NCBI GenBank assembly: GCA_963789955.1
Contig: CAWBMV010000006.1
Span: 288,001 to 352,000 of the forward strand
Length of the DNA: 64,000 bases
Origin: an uncultured Candidatus Rokubacteria bacterium
GTDB taxonomy: Bacteria; Methylomirabilota; Methylomirabilia; Rokubacteriales; CSP1-6
Direction of reading: 5' to 3'
Part shown: positions 9,557 to 20,347 of the stretch, one piece after another
How the letters are laid out: the number at the start of each line of letters is the position of its first letter
How positions within the stretch are numbered: the first letter of the stretch is position 1
The notes under the pieces: model-generated
The model's database searches: none
Told to the model about the DNA's origin: nothing
The model's input: the letters and a program-made list of their open reading frames with translations, nothing else
Translations under genes and position numbers: made by a program

Positions 9557-11224
9557 ATGAGTGGACGTGTGAATCGACGAGCATTCCTGAAGCGCGCCGG
9601 CACGGTCGGCGCCGGCGCGGTCGTCGCGTCGCGAATTCACCGACCCGGCTCCGCCGCGGCGCAGGACGCGACCGTGCGTCCGGATCCCGCGGCCAAGCGC
9701 GGCGGTACCCTGCGCTACGGCATTCTCTCGGCGTCCGCGCACTTCGACGTGCACCAGTCGGGTACGGTCGCCAACATCGGGCCTCAGAGCCCGATGTACG
9801 ACACCTTGATCCGTCGAAGCCCCAAGGACGGCCAGACGATCATCCCGGACCTGGCCCAGCGGTGGGAGATCACGCCTGACGGCAAGAAGTACACGTTCTA
9901 TCTGCGCAAGGGCGTGAAGTTCCACGACGGCGCCGACTTCACGGCCGACGACGTGAAGGCGACCTACGACCGCATCGTGCATCCGCCGAAAGGCATCGTG
10001 ATCCCGCGCACGCCGCTCTTCGCCACCGTCGGCGAGATCGTCGTCGTCGATCCGCACAAGATCGAGTTCCGGATGACCGAAGCGCGGCCCCGGTCGTACA
10101 TGCTCGGCGCCTTCGCGAGCGGCTGGAACATCATCGTCCGCAAGAAGACGCTCGACGACAACCAGGGCAATCTCCGTCAGGTCATGAACTACCCGGGGAC
10201 CGGGCCGTTCAAGCACGTGTCGCGGCAGGACAAGGAAGTGTGGATCCAGGAGCGCAACCCGAACTACTGGAACAAGGGGTTGCCGCTCGTCGACCGGCTC
10301 GAGATCTATCATCTGCCGCCGTTCTCGCCGGAGCTCGGCTCCTCGTTCCTGTCCGGCAAGGTCGACTACGCGCGACTGCTCGATCCCGTCTCGTGGCGCA
10401 AGGCCAAGGAGATGCCGGGCGTGACGGCCGCGGTCTTCAACCAGTCCGTCATCCAGGCCTTCTGGACGAACATGCAGAAGAACAAGGCGCTCGCCGATCC
10501 GCGTGTGCGGCGGGCGATCCATCTGGCCATGGACCGTCCCGCCCTGGTCGACGTCGTGAAGGAGACGGCGCCGATGCAGATCGGAGGATTCGTCTACCCG
10601 TTCCACGAGATGTCGACGCCGCGCGCCGAGCTCGAGAAGAAGCTCGGCTACCAGAAGGACATCAAGCCCGCGGTGCAGGAAGCCAAGCGGCTCATGAAGG
10701 AGGCCGGCTACGCGAACGGTCTCCGCAATCTCGACTTCGTCGTCCGCGACATCGCGAGCTTCAAGCTGTGGGCCGTCGCGATCCAGGCGATGCTGAAAGA
10801 GAATCTGAACATCGAGTCCAACCTGCGCGTCGTGCAGACGTCGGTGTGGTTCGACGAGGCGACAGCCGGCAACTTCGACCTGGCCATCAGCGCGATCGTC
10901 TCGTCCTTGATGGATCCGTCCGACATCTTCAGCGCGTGGTACGGCAAGGACGGCCCCCAGAACTACTCGCGCTGGACGAACGCGCCGTTCCACGATCTCG
11001 CCAGCCAGATCGATCGCGAGCTCGACGACAACAAGCGCCGGGCGATGGTGCGCAAGGCGGAGGAGATCCTGGAATCCGACCCGCCGCTCATCCCGATCGC
11101 GTACGAGCAGATCTACGACGCCTGGTACAACAAGGTGCACGGCCAGAACCCGTCCACGTTCTTCGGAATCTACGACGTCGTGCGATGGGACCCGGTCTGG
11201 CTCGGCCTGAGAGCCGGCGTCTAG
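9557..11224 (+). CDS. ABC transporter substrate-binding protein, family 5 (peptide/nickel), Tat signal
   Basis: NRRAFLK twin-arginine motif; YTFYLRKGVKFHDG and GTGPFK. Confidence 0.93.
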   Translation: MSGRVNRRAFLKRAGTVGAGAVVASRIHRPGSAAAQDATVRPDPAAKRGGTLRYGILSASAHFDVHQSGTVANIGPQSPMYDTLIRRSPKDGQTIIPDLAQRWEITPDGKKYTFYLRKGVKFHDGADFTADDVKATYDRIVHPPKGIVIPRTPLFATVGEIVVVDPHKIEFRMTEARPRSYMLGAFASGWNIIVRKKTLDDNQGNLRQVMNYPGTGPFKHVSRQDKEVWIQERNPNYWNKGLPLVDRLEIYHLPPFSPELGSSFLSGKVDYARLLDPVSWRKAKEMPGVTAAVFNQSVIQAFWTNMQKNKALADPRVRRAIHLAMDRPALVDVVKETAPMQIGGFVYPFHEMSTPRAELEKKLGYQKDIKPAVQEAKRLMKEAGYANGLRNLDFVVRDIASFKLWAVAIQAMLKENLNIESNLRVVQTSVWFDEATAGNFDLAISAIVSSLMDPSDIFSAWYGKDGPQNYSRWTNAPFHDLASQIDRELDDNKRRAMVRKAEEILESDPPLIPIAYEQIYDAWYNKVHGQNPSTFFGIYDVVRWDPVWLGLRAGV

Positions 11225-11227
11225 CGC

Positions 11228-12185
11228 GTGCGGAAGTACCTGGCGCGTCGGGCGATCTTCGCCGCCGTCACTCTGCTCGGCGTCTCGCTCAGCATCTTCG
11301 CGATACTACGGGTCCTGCCGGGGGATCCGCTCGTCGCCATTCTCGGCGTCGAGGGCCACGCGCAGATGAAGCCGGCCGATCGCGTGCGGATCATGGCCGA
11401 TCTCGGGCTCAGCGATCCGCTGCCGGTCCAGTACGTTCACTGGCTCGTCGACATCGGCGCCGGCCGGCTCGGCAAATCGTTCTTCCGGGGTGACACGGTC
11501 GCCGAGCTGATCCGTCATCGCGGCCCGATCAGCGCCGAGATCGGCGTGCTCGCGCTGATCATTTCCTGGCTCGTCGGGCTCCCGGTCGGCATCCTCAGCG
11601 CGTTCAAGCCGAACAGCCTGCCGGACGGCCTCGCGCGAGCGCTGTCGGTCCTGTTCATCGCGATCCCCGGCTTCTGGCTCGGCATGCTCATCGTGCTGGG
11701 CCTCTTGTTCTGGTTCGGCTACAAGGCGCCGATCATCATCGTCCACCTCTGGCACAACCCGTGGCAGAACTTGCAGATCGTCATCGGGCCCGGCGCTGGT
11801 GCTCGGGCTCGCTCAGGGCGCCTACATCGCGCGCATGTCGCGCTCGTGCCTGCTCGAGGTCATCGGCGAGGACTTCGTGCGGACGGCGCGCGCCAAGGGG
11901 CTTCGCGAGTGGCTCGTCGTGATGCGGCACGCGCTGCCCAACGCGCTCCTGCCGGTGATCACGATCTCGGGCGTGCTCCTCGGCTTCGTGCTGGGCGGGT
12001 CCGTGGCGGTGGAGCAAGCGTTCGGCGTGCCCGGCCTCGGCCGCGCGCTCGTCACCGCGGTGATCGAGCGCGACATCATCGTCGTGCAGAACCTGGTGCT
12101 GTTCTATGCCGTGATCTTCGTCGCCGTGAACGTCCTGGTCGACCTCAGCTACGCGTGGCTCGATCCGCGCATCCGCTACAGCTGA
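11228..12185 (+). CDS. ABC transporter permease (DppB-like), one frameshift near 11795
   Basis: LPGDP and IPGFWLG motifs; EAA-region FVRTARAKGL; ends LDPRIRYS. Confidence 0.9.
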
Positions 12186-12192
12186 CGACGCC

Positions 12193-13071
12193 ATGAAGGC
12201 CGTGGCGCTCGAGCTGGCGCGGTTCTCGCGCCGCAACACCTTGTCGGCGATCGGCGGCCTGATCGGCCTCTTGATCGTCTTCACCGCGGTGGCGGCGCCG
12301 CTCCTGGCGCCCCGCGATCCGCTCAAAGCGGATTTCCGGCGCATGAACAAGCCGCCCGACGCGCAGAGTCTCCTGGGCACGGATCAAGTCGGACGCGACA
12401 CCCTGAGCCGCGTGATCTACGGCGCCCGCACCTCGCTCTTCGTGGCGTTTTCCGCGGTCATCCTGGGCACCACGGTCGGCTCGTTGTGGGGGGTCGCCTG
12501 CGGCTATCTCCGCGGGCGCTTCGATCTCGTCAGCCAGCGGATCATGGAGATCATGCAGGCGTTCCCCGATCTCATCCTGGCCATGGCGATCTCCATGGCC
12601 ATCGGGACCGGCCTGCCCGCGGTGATCTTCGCGATCGCCATCACGCGGATTCCGTTCGGCGGCCGGGTGATCCGATCGGTCGCGCTATCCGTCCGCGAGA
12701 TGCCCTACGTCGAGGCGGGGCGCGCCAGCGGCGCCTCGGCACTGCGGGTCATGACGTTTCACGTCCTGCCCCAGTGCGTCGCCCCGTACCTGGTGCTGGC
12801 GACGACCCACCTGGGAGTCGCGATCGTCATCGAGGCGGCGCTGGGCTTCCTGGGCGTCGGCGTGCCGCCGCCCACACCGACCTGGGGCAACATGCTGGCC
12901 GACTCGATCACCGGGCTCATCCCGCCCTGGTGGCTGGCCTTCTTCCCGGGTCTGGCCATCACGGTGACGGTGCTCGCGTTCAACCTGCTGGGCGACGGGA
13001 TCCGCGACACGCTCGATCCGCGCCTGTCGCCGGCCTTCCTCCGCATGATGACGGGCGGGCGCCGCGGGTAG
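12193..13071 (+). CDS. ABC transporter permease (DppC-like)
   Basis: LLGTDQVGRDTLSRVIYG, YVEAGRASGA and PTPTWG motifs. Confidence 0.93.
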   Translation: MKAVALELARFSRRNTLSAIGGLIGLLIVFTAVAAPLLAPRDPLKADFRRMNKPPDAQSLLGTDQVGRDTLSRVIYGARTSLFVAFSAVILGTTVGSLWGVACGYLRGRFDLVSQRIMEIMQAFPDLILAMAISMAIGTGLPAVIFAIAITRIPFGGRVIRSVALSVREMPYVEAGRASGASALRVMTFHVLPQCVAPYLVLATTHLGVAIVIEAALGFLGVGVPPPTPTWGNMLADSITGLIPPWWLAFFPGLAITVTVLAFNLLGDGIRDTLDPRLSPAFLRMMTGGRRG

Positions 13072-13085
13072 CGCGGCGCGAAGCC

Positions 13086-13817
13086 TCAGCGGTCGAGCTT
13101 CGAGCCCGCTCCCACGCACAGCGCGACGGCGTAGCCTTCGTGCATCGTGTGACGTCCCGTGAGCTCCAGCGCCTCCGTCGTGACGCGATGGCGGCCGGGA
13201 GCGATCTCCTCGCACGCAACCTCGCGAAGCGCCATCGCCAGGCCGCGGCCCACGACCTTCGAGCACGCCTCCTTCAGCGCCCAGAGGATCGCGAGCCGTT
13301 CGTCCTCCGGGTGTGAGCCGAGCAAGCGATCGCGCTCGTGCGCGAACTGGCGGGCGAGCCTGCGCAGGCGAGGGGAGACTTCTTCGATATCGACGCCGAT
13401 CCGCGAGCCGGGCGCGCTCGAGGTGGCCGCGCAGGCGAATCGTCCCTTGTGGGACAGCGAGCAGTCCGCCACGACGTCGGTGACCAGCCCCGGCGTGAAG
13501 ACGAGGCGCGGGCGCCCGCGCGGGTCCTTGATCACGGCGCAGTCCAGGGGCGCACCGACCAGGCCCTGATCTACCGCCATCAGCTTGAGGCAGACCCGTG
13601 CGCCGAGCCATTCCCGGCGGCGTAGCGGGTGTCGAAGCTCCGCGTATTCCGCCTGTTCCGGCTCGGCGAGAAAGCCGGTCGCGACGAGCTCCAGGTCGCC
13701 CAGCCGGGCCAGATCGAGCAGGCGCACCTCGATCCCGTCGTCGCCGAGCGCGAGCGCCGTCAGCGCGTTCGGGTCGAGCACGCGCGGATCAGCCCGGCGC
13801 CCGGCGGCGCGACGCAC
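13086..13817 (-). CDS. 4'-phosphopantetheinyl transferase (Sfp-type)
   Basis: GRPRL, CSLSH, IGVDIE and WALKEACSK motifs; start uncertain. Confidence 0.85.
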   Translation of the reverse strand: MRRAAGRRADPRVLDPNALTALALGDDGIEVRLLDLARLGDLELVATGFLAEPEQAEYAELRHPLRRREWLGARVCLKLMAVDQGLVGAPLDCAVIKDPRGRPRLVFTPGLVTDVVADCSLSHKGRFACAATSSAPGSRIGVDIEEVSPRLRRLARQFAHERDRLLGSHPEDERLAILWALKEACSKVVGRGLAMALREVACEEIAPGRHRVTTEALELTGRHTMHEGYAVALCVGAGSKLDR

Positions 13818-13860
13818 GGGGGTGACGGCCGCCCGGTCGGCAGGGTGCCCAGGTTCCAGA

Positions 13861-13876
13861 ATTAGGGTGTCCTAAT
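13861..13876. promoter_or_regulatory. Palindromic operator ATTAGG-GTGT-CCTAAT (DtxR/SirR/MntR-type box candidate)
   Basis: Perfect 6-bp inverted arms in an AT-rich divergent intergenic region between the PPTase and bfd-bfr. Confidence 0.6.
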
Positions 13877-13999
13877 ACAAAAAAACTCGGGTGCATACCT
13901 TTTCGGGATTTGGTATCCTCACCCTCGAACCACGGAAGGGAGCCCGATGCGGCCTGTACGAGCAGTCGGAGCGTGGCGCCGGAGCGGAGCATCGTCGCG

Positions 14000-14248
14000 A
14001 TGATCGTGTGTCTGTGCCGGGGACTCGGCGAGCACGCGATCCGGACGAGCATCGCCCGGGGCGGCGACAGTCTCGAGCGGCTGGCCGACATCTGCGGCGC
14101 CGGCGCCGATTGCGGCGGCTGCTCCTCGACGCTCGATGCTCTGCTTGATGAAGCTCGCGGCGCGTCCTATAGTGGCCTCGCACCACAATCCACTCTCAGT
14201 GTCGGAGGCGTACTATGCGAGGCCACGAGCAGGTCATCACCCTCCTGA
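14000..14248 (+). CDS. bfd: Bacterioferritin-associated [2Fe-2S] ferredoxin
   Basis: MIVCLC...CGGC motif directly upstream of bfr. Confidence 0.85.
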   Translation: MIVCLCRGLGEHAIRTSIARGGDSLERLADICGAGADCGGCSSTLDALLDEARGASYSGLAPQSTLSVGGVLCEATSRSSPS

Positions 14249-14694
14249 ACGAGGTCCTCACAGCCGAGCTCACGGCGATCAATCAGTACTTCATCCACGG
14301 CCGGATGTGCGAGAACTGGGGCTACCAGCGGCTGTGGAAGAAGCTCCGTGAAGAATCGATCGGCGAGATGAAGCACGCCGACGAGCTCATCGAGCGCATC
14401 CTCTACCTCGAAGGTGTTCCGAACGTCCAGCGCCTCGGCAAGGTGAACGTCGGCGAGACCGTGCCGGAGCAGCTCCGCCTGGATCTCGAGGTCGAGCGCG
14501 ACGCCATCCGCATGCTCAACGCGGGCATCGAGACGGCCCGGAGCCTGGGTGACAACGGCAGCCGGGAGCTCCTCGAGCACATCCTCGAAGGCGAGGAGGG
14601 CCACGCGAACTGGATCGAGGCCCAGATGACCTTGATCGCCCAGACGGGCGAGGGCAACTACCTCGCGCAGCAGATCAAGAACGGGGACGAGTAG
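14215..14694 (+). CDS. bfr: Bacterioferritin
   Basis: [21 protein letters not shown] (heme-ligand Met), ERILYLEG and EEGH ferroxidase residues. Confidence 0.97.
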   Translation: MRGHEQVITLLNEVLTAELTAINQYFIHGRMCENWGYQRLWKKLREESIGEMKHADELIERILYLEGVPNVQRLGKVNVGETVPEQLRLDLEVERDAIRMLNAGIETARSLGDNGSRELLEHILEGEEGHANWIEAQMTLIAQTGEGNYLAQQIKNGDE

Positions 14695-15727
14695 CGCCCT
14701 CGGCGGTCGCGCCCGCGTAGTCCTTCCGGTGGAAGTAGTTCGCGTTGTAGAACTCCAGCACCAGATCGCGGTAGACGGCCCGCGGATAGCGCGCCGGATC
14801 GTCGGCGCCGACGCACGTCGGCACGCACTCGATGGTGGCGTCGACGTTCGGGCTGTAGAAGAACGCGATCGAGTACCGGTCCTTTCCCGAATCGTTCAGC
14901 ACACCGTGCGGCGTCGACAGGAACCGATCGTTCGACCACCGCTTCATGATGTTGCCGAGGTTGACCAGGAAGGTCCCGGGGATCACGGGCGGCGCCATCC
15001 ATTCCCCGTTCGGGAGCCGGACCGCCAGGCCCGGCACGTCCTCGCGCGCGAGCATCGTGATGAACGAGTTGTCGGTGTGCGGCCCCTGCCCGAACTGCTC
15101 CTCGTCGTCGGTCTCCTGCGGCGGGTAGTGGAGGAAGCGCAGGTTGATGTGGGCCTCGTTCCGGAAGAACGGCGCAAAGTGCTCGGCGGGCATCCCGAGC
15201 GCGCGGCTCAGCATCGGGAGCAGGCGCTCGCCGAGTCGCTCGAGCGTCTTGAAGTAGGTGACCATCGCGGCGCGCATGCGGTCGTGGCGGTCCGGCCACT
15301 GATTTCGTCCGCGCAGCGGCGTGCCCGCGACGACGTCGGGATGGTCGGCGCCGCGATCGTGGCTGATGAAGAAGCTCTCGTTGAAGTTCGGCCGGGTCGC
15401 CTTGTGGACCGTCGAGTGCCGCTGCATGCTCTCGTTCACGGCGAGATAGCCGATGTTGTTCTCGTTGATCTTCAGCGCGCGCTTGGCGTCGAGCGGCATC
15501 GCGTGGAACTCGCGCGAGGCCGCGAACGCGTCGTCGATGACGGCTTGCGGCACGCCGTGGCCGGCCAGATAGAAGAAGCCGACCATCTCGCAGGCGCGTC
15601 GGACCTCGAGCGCCACGGCGTCCATCGCGCCCGGCTCGCCGCGGAACGCGGGCCCCACGTCGATGAGCGGGATCGCCTTCGTGGCCGCTTCGAAGTCTTT
15701 CACCGCCAGCGCCTTGAAGATGTTCAT
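14675..15727 (-). CDS. 2-oxoglutarate/Fe(II)-dependent oxygenase (isopenicillin N synthase family)
   Basis: [17 protein letters not shown]...H and RYS motifs. Confidence 0.92.
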   Translation of the reverse strand: MNIFKALAVKDFEAATKAIPLIDVGPAFRGEPGAMDAVALEVRRACEMVGFFYLAGHGVPQAVIDDAFAASREFHAMPLDAKRALKINENNIGYLAVNESMQRHSTVHKATRPNFNESFFISHDRGADHPDVVAGTPLRGRNQWPDRHDRMRAAMVTYFKTLERLGERLLPMLSRALGMPAEHFAPFFRNEAHINLRFLHYPPQETDDEEQFGQGPHTDNSFITMLAREDVPGLAVRLPNGEWMAPPVIPGTFLVNLGNIMKRWSNDRFLSTPHGVLNDSGKDRYSIAFFYSPNVDATIECVPTCVGADDPARYPRAVYRDLVLEFYNANYFHRKDYAGATAEGATRPRS

Positions 15728-15880
15728 CTCGGGCCTCCGTGCCCTTTCACCCTGGTCCTACGTCGAGATCGTACCGCCGTGCCGCGATGGAGACCAGAAG
15801 CTTTTGACGGTTTGACAGGGGCCTGCGGCTATCTCTAGGGTAGTTGTCGGAAAATCGACCTCAGGAGGCCAGACAGACGA

Positions 15881-16490
15881 ATGCGGACCAATGGCTCGCG
15901 CCGCGAGTTCCTGAAAGTCGCCGCCGGGCTGTCGGCGCTCGCCGCGGGCTCGCGGGCGGTCGACGCGGACGGCCCAAACCCAACCGCTGCGACCGACGCC
16001 GAGCTGCCCGGGCTCGGCCGCGCCGACCGCGCGCCAGACCGAAGGGCCGTACTTCAAGCCCGACTCGCCGCTGCGGGCCTCGCTGCTCGAACCCGGAATC
16101 GTCGGCACGCAGATCGTGGTGACGGGGACGGTGCTGTCCACGACCTGCCAGCCGATCGCGCGAGCCTTGATCGACGTCTGGCACGCGGACGATCGCGGCG
16201 GCTACGACAACACCGGCTTCCGCCTTCGCGGCCATCAATTCACGGACGACCAGGGGCGCTACCGGCTCGAGACCATCGTGCCGGGGGTCTACGTCGGCCG
16301 GACGCGCCACTTCCACGTGAAGGTGCAGCCACCCAATCGCCCGGTGCTCACGACCCAGCTCTATTTCCCCGGCGAGGCCGTCAACGCGAGAGATCCCATC
16401 TTCAGCCCCGAGCTGGTGATGCGGGTGACCGAGACGACGACGGGCAAGGCCGGGACGTTCGACTTCGTCGTCGACCTCGGCCGGCGATGA
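15881..16490 (+). CDS. Intradiol ring-cleavage dioxygenase-like protein with Tat signal, frameshift near 15995
   Basis: SRREFLK signal; QTEGPYF, DVWHAD..GGY and PGVYVGRTRHFHVKV (Tyr/Tyr/His/His iron ligands). Confidence 0.8.
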
Positions 16491-18240
16491 CCGAGTTCGT
16501 GAGCGAGGTGCGCGATGGCATGCGCATCGACTGGGATGTTCCCATTCGCGTGGACGACGGCCTCGTGCTGCGCGCCGACGTGTTTCGTCCGGTCGCCGCG
16601 GGCAAGCATCCGGTGATCCTGACCTACGGCCCGTACGGGAAGTGGCTCCACTTCGAGGATCTCTACACCGACCAGTGGCGCCGGATGGTCGAGCAGCATC
16701 CCGACGTGCCCGCCGGCTCCACGAACAAGTACCAGAACTGGGAAGTCGTCGATCCCGAGAAGTGGGTGCCGGACGGCTACGCCTGTGTGCGCGTCGACTC
16801 ACGCGGCGCCGGCCGCTCGCCCGGCCGGCTCGACATCTGGTCCGCGCGCGAGGCCAAGGACCTCTATCACTGCATCGAGTGGGCCGCCGAGCAAGCCTGG
16901 AGCAACGGCAAGGTCGGGCTCAACGGCATCTCCTACTACGCGATGAATCAGTGGCAGGTGGCGGCGCTCGAGCCGCCGCACCTGGCCGCGATCTGCATCT
17001 GGGAAGGCGCCGCCGACTACTATCGCGACCTGAGCCATCACGGCGGCATCCTGTGCACGTTCGGGCGCGCGTGGTTTCCCTCGCAGGTCATCCGGGTCCA
17101 GCACGGTCGCGGCACGCGCGGATACCGGAGCCGGATGAACGGCGACTGGGTCTCGGGGCCGTCGACCCTCACCGAGGAAGAGCTCGGCGGCACCCGCCGC
17201 GATTTCTACGAGGACTGCTGGGCGAACCCGCTCGCCAGCGACGACTACTGGCGCTCGCGCGTGCCGGACTGGTCGAAGGTGAAGGTGCCGCTCTTCTCGT
17301 CGGCCAACTGGGGCGGGCAGGGGCTTCATCCGCGCGGCAACTTCGAGGGATTCGTCCGCTCGGCGGCGAAGCAGAAGTGGCTCGAGGTGCACGGCATCGA
17401 GCACTGGACCCACTTCTACACGGACTACGGCGTGAACCTTCAGAAGAAGTTCTTCGGCCACTTCTTGAAGGGCGAGGACACGGGCTGGAAGAAGCAGCCG
17501 CAAGGTCGTGCTCCAGGTCCGCCACCCCGGCGAGACGTTCGTCGAGCGGCACGAGAACGAATGGCCGCTCGCGCGCACGCGGTGGACCAAGCTCTACCTG
17601 AGCCCGGCCGATCAGGGCCTGGTGCGCACACCCGTGGCCCGTCGCGGCGCGGTCACCTACGACGGCCTCGGGGAAGGCGTGACGTTCCTCACGCCGCCGC
17701 TGCCGCGCGAGACCGAGATCACCGGTCCCATCGCCGCGAAGCTCTTCGTCTCGTCGCAGACGACCGACGCCGATCTGTTCTTGATCGTCCGCGTGCTCAC
17801 CCCGAACATGAAGGAAGTCGTCTTCCAGGGCGCGCTGGACCCGCACACCCCGATCGCCCAGGGATGGCTCCGCGCCTCACACCGAAAGCTCGATCCGAAG
17901 CTCACGCTCCCGTACCGGCCCTACCACACGCACGACCAGAAGCAGCCGCTGACCGCCCGGCAAGATCTACGAGCTCGACGTCGAGATCTGGCCGACGTCG
18001 ATCGTGGCGCCGGCCGGCTACCGCCTCGGGCTCACGGTGCGCGGGCGCGACTACGAGTACCCGGGCGGGCCGTCGACCGGGCTCGGCACGCTCGGCGCGG
18101 TATTCACCGGCGTCGGCCCGTTCCAGCACAATGACCCGCGCGATCGTCCGGCTGATGTCTTCGGCAAGAAGGTGACGATCCACTGCGGGCCGGGGCGCCA
18201 GTCGTACGTCCTGTTGCCCGTCATTCCGCCGGCGCGCTAG
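16487..18240 (+). CDS. CocE/NonD family serine hydrolase, frameshifted
   Basis: LRADVFRP, VDSRGAGRSPG, WSNGKVGLNGISY nucleophile elbow and C-terminal ETEITGP domain. Confidence 0.9.
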
Positions 18241-18265
18241 GATAGCGCTCCTCGAGGAGGAGGCC

Positions 18266-19104
18266 ATGAAGCAGCTGACCAAGAACGTGTTCGTCGAGAC
18301 CGAGCTCCGCGGATCCAATCACGGCCTCGTCACCACCTCGGACGGCATCGTGCTGATCGACACGCCGCACAAGCCCAGCGACGCCATGCGGCTCCGAGCC
18401 GACGTCGAGCGGCGAGGCCGGCTCCGCTACATCCTCAACACCGAGCCTCATGGCGACCACTGGACCGGCAACACGTACTTCGACGCGCCCGTCGTCGCCC
18501 ACGAGGGCGTGCGCACGCGCATCCTGACGACCGACCTGCCCGCGCACGTCGCGCGCGTCGCCTCGTTCGGGCCGGACGAGCCGAAGCTGCTCGAGAACTA
18601 CAGCCCAACGCGCCGGTCATCACCTTCGAGAGCGAGATGAAGCTCCACGTGGGCGACCACACCTTTCGGCTGGTCCACATGCCCGGCCATACGGCGTACC
18701 AGGCGGCGGTGATCGTGGAGGAAGAAGGCGTCGTCTTCACCAGCGACAACATCTTCTGCAAGGTCCACACGTGGCTCCAGGAGGCCGATCCGAACCTGTG
18801 GCTCGGGGCGCTCGATTCGCTCCGCGGTCTTCGCGAGGACACGTTCGTCCCCGGTCACGGCCCGATCTGCGACAAGCGCTACCTCGACGAGCAGGGCACG
18901 TTCATCCGCGAATGGGTCGACTACGTGCGCAAAGGCGTCGGGCAGGGGATGACGAAGGAGCAGTGCGTGGCCGACCTCACCGCGATGACGGACCGCTATC
19001 CCATGGACGTCGGCCAGGACGGGATGGCGCCGATGGTGATGAAGATGAACGTCGCCAATCTGTACGACTTCGTCACCGGCGCCGGGATCCATCGACACAA
19101 CTGA
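18266..19104 (+). CDS. MBL-fold metallo-hydrolase, frameshift near 18610
   Basis: VLIDTP, TEPHGDH, PGHT, FTSD and VPGHG motifs. Confidence 0.85.
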
Positions 19105-19123
19105 CGCACCCGCGCGCGAGGAG

Positions 19124-19501
19124 ATGGAGATGATCGAGTCGAGCCTGGACACCGCGCGCTCGATCCTGTACGTGCGACCGAAGTCCGCCCTCGCGGAAGA
19201 AGACTTCGTGCAGCTCGCGAAGACGGTCGACCCGTTCATCCAGTCCGCCGGAGATCTCGCCGGGCTCATCCTCGAGATCGCCGCGTTCCCGGGATGGGAC
19301 AGCCTCGGAGCGATGGCGGCTCACTTTCGCTTTGTCCGCGATCACCACAAGCACATCAGGAAGGTCGCGGTCGTGACCGACGCGCCGCTGGGCAGTATCG
19401 CGGAGAAGCTCGCGTCGCACTTCGTCTCGGCGACGATCAAGCACTTTCCGGCCGGGGCCACCGCGGCCGCGCAGCAATGGATCGTGAGCGCGCAGCCCTG
19501 A
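19124..19501 (+). CDS. STAS/SEC14 (SpoIIAA-like) domain protein
   Basis: FPGWDSLGA...HFRFVRDHHKHIRKVAVVTD. Confidence 0.8.
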   Translation: MEMIESSLDTARSILYVRPKSALAEEDFVQLAKTVDPFIQSAGDLAGLILEIAAFPGWDSLGAMAAHFRFVRDHHKHIRKVAVVTDAPLGSIAEKLASHFVSATIKHFPAGATAAAQQWIVSAQP

Positions 19502-19511
19502 CCCGCCTCAG

Positions 19512-19862
19512 CTAGCGCGAGGCCGGCCAGGCGTCCAGCGACTCGGGGTGCCGGTCCGCGCCGGCCTGCACACGGTACAGCACCATCCGTGTGATCGCCG
19601 TCACCTGATGGACCTCGCCCGCCGGGAAGATGACGGTGTCGCCGGGGCCGAGCTGCCGGTCGATCTGACCGTCGCTGAACAAGCCGTTGCCTTCCACGAC
19701 GTGATAGATCTCGTCCGCGCCGGGGTGGCAGTGGATCGGCGACGTCTGGCCGGGCTCCCAGCACGCGATGCTGATGTCGCTCCGCGACGTCGCGGTGAGA
19801 CTCTTGTGGATGTGATGCTTCGGCGAGAACTCCCGCGCGGCCTTCAGGTCGACGAATTCCAT
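19512..19862 (-). CDS. Cupin domain protein
   Basis: PIHCHPGADEIY...G and PAGEVH cupin motifs. Confidence 0.85.
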   Translation of the reverse strand: MEFVDLKAAREFSPKHHIHKSLTATSRSDISIACWEPGQTSPIHCHPGADEIYHVVEGNGLFSDGQIDRQLGPGDTVIFPAGEVHQVTAITRMVLYRVQAGADRHPESLDAWPASR

Positions 19863-20188
19863 GCGCCCTCCCTCTCGCTGGCGAACAGCTCGACGGTGCC
19901 GCGCGCGTTGTCGGTCAGCGCGAACACCTCGTAGAACTCGATCTGCGGATGCATGCCGTACCGCTCGACGATTCCGTCGAGCCAGGCGCCGCCGTAGAAA
20001 CGCTTGGCGTCCTCGAGCGTCTGCCACTGATAGACGCCGCCGGCCCAGCCGCTCTCGCTCCAGATGAAGTGCTTGCTGATCAAGCCGCGTACCTCCTGGA
20101 AGCCGGGCGCGATCTTGTGGAAGTGAGCGCGGCACGCGTCGTAGTCGATGTGGGCGGGGAGCTGGTAGCGGACGGTCGCAGTGATCAT
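19844..20188 (-). CDS. YdhR-like dimeric alpha/beta-barrel (putative monooxygenase) protein
   Basis: GLISKHFIW...AGGVYQW motif. Confidence 0.7.
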   Translation of the reverse strand: MITATVRYQLPAHIDYDACRAHFHKIAPGFQEVRGLISKHFIWSESGWAGGVYQWQTLEDAKRFYGGAWLDGIVERYGMHPQIEFYEVFALTDNARGTVELFASEREGAWNSST

Positions 20189-20271
20189 GGCGCCTCCCGT
20201 GTCCGTTCGGTTGCCGGCATGGTAACAAGCCCCGCCGGATGTCGCCACGCACGGACTTTCCGGAAGGGCCG

Positions 20272-20303
20272 TTGACAGAGTGTTACGATTAGGTCATGTT
20301 AAC
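20272..20303 (+). promoter_or_regulatory. Sigma70-like promoter (TTGACA-N17-CATGTT) overlapped by a degenerate box ATTAGG-TCAT-GTTAAC
   Basis: Perfect -35 at 20272-20277; TTAGG half-site identical to the 13861 box. Confidence 0.5.
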
Positions 20304-20347
20304 TCTCCCCGGACTGGGGGGTTAATCTGAGGGGTGGGAGGGATCCG

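Noticed and set aside
13086..15727. PPTase plus IPNS-like oxygenase as a beta-lactam or NRPS cluster
   Set aside because: No NRPS/PKS, carrier protein or ACV synthetase is present; the oxygenase is a generic 2OG-Fe(II) family member
15881..18175. 764-aa Tat-exported CocE fusion
   Set aside because: The Tat leader belongs to the frameshifted dioxygenase-like gene; CocE has its own ATG at 16487
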